A stretch of 64,000 nt of DNA, taken from NCBI GenBank assembly GCA_018065085.1, contig JAGHUA010000016.1, positions 34,952-98,951 on the forward strand, read 5' to 3'. The stretch comes from Candidatus Liminaster caballi (GTDB lineage: Bacteria > Bacteroidota > Bacteroidia > Bacteroidales > UBA3663). The notes under the pieces are model-generated. The model made no database searches. It was not told where the DNA came from and worked only from the letters and a program-made list of their open reading frames with translations. Of the stretch, positions 62,377 through 64,000 are shown in pieces (positions within the stretch are counted from its first letter, which is position 1; each line of letters begins with the position of its first letter). A program made the position numbers and the translations under genes.

Positions 62377-64000
62377 TCAGAACAGGGTTGGCTCGATAAA
62401 CATTCGCTGGCCTGAGAAACCATCAAGATCTGTGAGTCGCAGTCCCTGCAGTATGTGCAGCATCTCGATATGCGACACCTCGCCGGTCATTATATGCTCC
62501 ACCTCCTCATCGTCCGTCTGGGCAGGAGTGACAAGCATGTAGTGGCCGGTATTGCTGTTGTCCTTGAGAGCCAGCTGCAACTTGGTGTGATCCTTCAACA
62601 GCCCGATGAAGGCACCGAGTCCGCCACGGTCGGCATAAAGGGCACTCATGCGTTCGGTGATGGCCTGATTGAGCACAGGAGGAAGTGTTTCGGCTGCAAT
62701 GCGGTCAATGATATATTGGTTAATATCGTCACCGAAGTTGGTGTGGATGCGAGCAACGAGGTCTTCGCTGTCTGCCACAGGATTGTTGCCACAGAAGAAC
62801 TGGATGACCTGAAGATAACGGCTGACGTAGTGATCGGAGTCGTTGGCAAGCTCCTGGGCAGCAATTTCGACCTGCTGCTTGCTGAATCGTCCGAGTTCGA
62901 GCGATGGGTCTGATTCCTGCAACATACGGTCGCTCACACGGATTGCCTCGTCGAGAATCTTGCGGCTCTGTTCGACCTGATCAACCATGTCGAGGAGCGT
63001 AGGAATGAGCTCGTTGAGCAACTTGATGGCAAAAAGGACGCCGTGATAGAGAGTCTTCTGTGTGTAAAACTCCTGCATGGCGGCAGTGTATGATTCGAGC
63101 ACTGCATTGTCCTTCTTCATCATGCGCGAGAAGATGTTGAGGCCGTTCCATTTCTCTACTACGCTGCTGATAAGGCTTTCGGCAGCCTTTACAGCCGTTT
63201 CGGTGTCAGATTGGAGTTTCTGTAGTTCAAGCACCTTCTGCTGGAGGATATTGACGATGGAGCGGAGGATGGTCTTCTGAGCCTCGGGCGTGTATGGGTT
63301 GTTCTGGATCGTACGGTTGAACTCCTGGCTGATGATGCTTTTGAGTATTGAAACGTATGTGCTGGACTTCTTGCCCTGAAGCTGGAAGAAATATTCTACG
63401 CCTGTGTCGCGGAAACGGCTCTGATAGATCACTTCGAGGCGCTGGCGGATTTTGTTGAGCCATTCGTCATGAGGGATGTCGTTCATGCCCTGAGACTGAA
63501 CTTCGCAAGTATTCTTCCAGAACTGAGCTACCGGCTTCCAGTTGGTGTGGCCGCCTCCGTCGGTATTGAGGAACATCTCTTCCTGCAGACAGAGTCGGCT
63601 GTTCTGAATCGGAACGAACGACAATATGTGCTTGGCCTCTTCCGTGCATTGCTCAATGCTTGTCTGATTATATTCCGTCAGGCTGTAGCGGAGCAGGGTG
63701 CTGACATATTTGCGGTGGAGATACTCACGTACATTTGCCTCAGGATAGGTGATGCCCGTGGCATTGAACGTGGCAAATACCGGCGGCCACTCAGTCTTGT
63801 CGGTGCGCAGTCCTTCCGGTTCGTCGATGCTGATGCCGAAATGGATACGCTCGAAGAGGAAGTCTGCCAGAGACTGCTGTGACGCATCGTGATAGAGGAA
63901 TACACGGTCGAAGAGACGGAACTCGGTGTATTCGGTTATTGCGTTGTTGACGTCGGCAAGATTGTTCCATATGGTCTTGATCTGCTTCTCGTCGCTGGCG
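62377..64000 (-). CDS. large hypothetical, mostly helical protein, 5' end outside window
   Basis: The listed 415-aa ORF begins at a TTG only because of the ORF caller. I translated the same frame by hand from 63625 to 64000 and found no stop, so the gene continues past the window edge (at least 541 aa). Confidence 0.6.
   Translation of the reverse strand, partial: ASDEKQIKTIWNNLADVNNAITEYTEFRLFDRVFLYHDASQQSLADFLFERIHFGISIDEPEGLRTDKTEWPPVFATFNATGITYPEANVREYLHRKYVSTLLRYSLTEYNQTSIEQCTEEAKHILSFVPIQNSRLCLQEEMFLNTDGGGHTNWKPVAQFWKNTCEVQSQGMNDIPHDEWLNKIRQRLEVIYQSRFRDTGVEYFFQLQGKKSSTYVSILKSIISQEFNRTIQNNPYTPEAQKTILRSIVNILQQKVLELQKLQSDTETAVKAAESLISSVVEKWNGLNIFSRMMKKDNAVLESYTAAMQEFYTQKTLYHGVLFAIKLLNELIPTLLDMVDQVEQSRKILDEAIRVSDRMLQESDPSLELGRFSKQQVEIAAQELANDSDHYVSRYLQVIQFFCGNNPVADSEDLVARIHTNFGDDINQYIIDRIAAETLPPVLNQAITERMSALYADRGGLGAFIGLLKDHTKLQLALKDNSNTGHYMLVTPAQTDDEEVEHIMTGEVSHIEMLHILQGLRLTDLDGFSGQRMFIEPTLF

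Noticed and set aside
1-64000. I searched for tRNA/rRNA/tmRNA/RNase P genes, reverse transcriptase (retron/DGR), integrase, transposase, Cas and other known defence genes.
   Set aside because: I saw no T-loop-type GGTTCGAAT motifs in a cloverleaf context, no rRNA-like segments, and no ORF with YxDD, tyrosine-recombinase RHRY-type or DDE motifs. Absence by eye is not proof; tRNAscan, Infernal and PADLOC/DefenseFinder should be run.

Overview
This 64-kb chromosomal window looks like a Bacteroidota genome, probably Prevotella/Segatella. The evidence is TAnnTTTG -7 promoter boxes (often TATCTTTGCAGC), a PorW/SprE-like lipoprotein, a T9SS C-terminal-domain cargo, DUF4286/DUF4494-type genes and many glycoside hydrolases. 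All family names come from reading the translated ORFs; no database search was possible.

Core content:
- dnaA with a probable oriC in the AT-rich gap next to it.
- Housekeeping genes: mutL, murF, dtd, cdd, uvrA, aroA, pepT, engB, tsaE, yggS, ridA.
- Polyamine genes: speA, carboxynorspermidine dehydrogenase-like, aguA.
- Glycoside hydrolases GH2, GH28, GH26 and GH9.
- A CapD-like dehydratase, a HerA-like DUF853 ATPase, rRNA methyltransferases and an intact higBA pair.

Accessory content at about 17.5-26.9 kb:
- A two-winged-helix Rep-like gene flanked by 11-bp iteron-like repeats.
- A visibly AT-rich block of six unrecognised genes, mostly exported or lipoproteins, plus a repeat-rich GIY-YIG protein.
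- A decayed RelE-type toxin-antitoxin pair.

The most unusual signal is a family of mosaic 41/42-bp tandem arrays, each unit carrying two short dyad symmetries. It occurs at three loci: 18.9-19.6 kb, 26.0 kb and, inverted, 52.8-53.3 kb. The arrays are not CRISPR and not consistently coding. Their architecture recalls plasmid centromere arrays such as sopC, but that function is only a hypothesis.

Other oddities:
- A 251-bp element with perfect 26-bp G/C-rich terminal inverted repeats wedged exactly between speA and the next polyamine gene (MITE or inverton).
- Many intergenic spacers built from short tandem 'words' that lack one nucleotide on a strand. One such tract is embedded in-frame inside aguA.
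- A leader with mutually exclusive helices upstream of a secreted protein gene.

No tRNA, rRNA, CRISPR array, reverse transcriptase, integrase or transposase was recognised.
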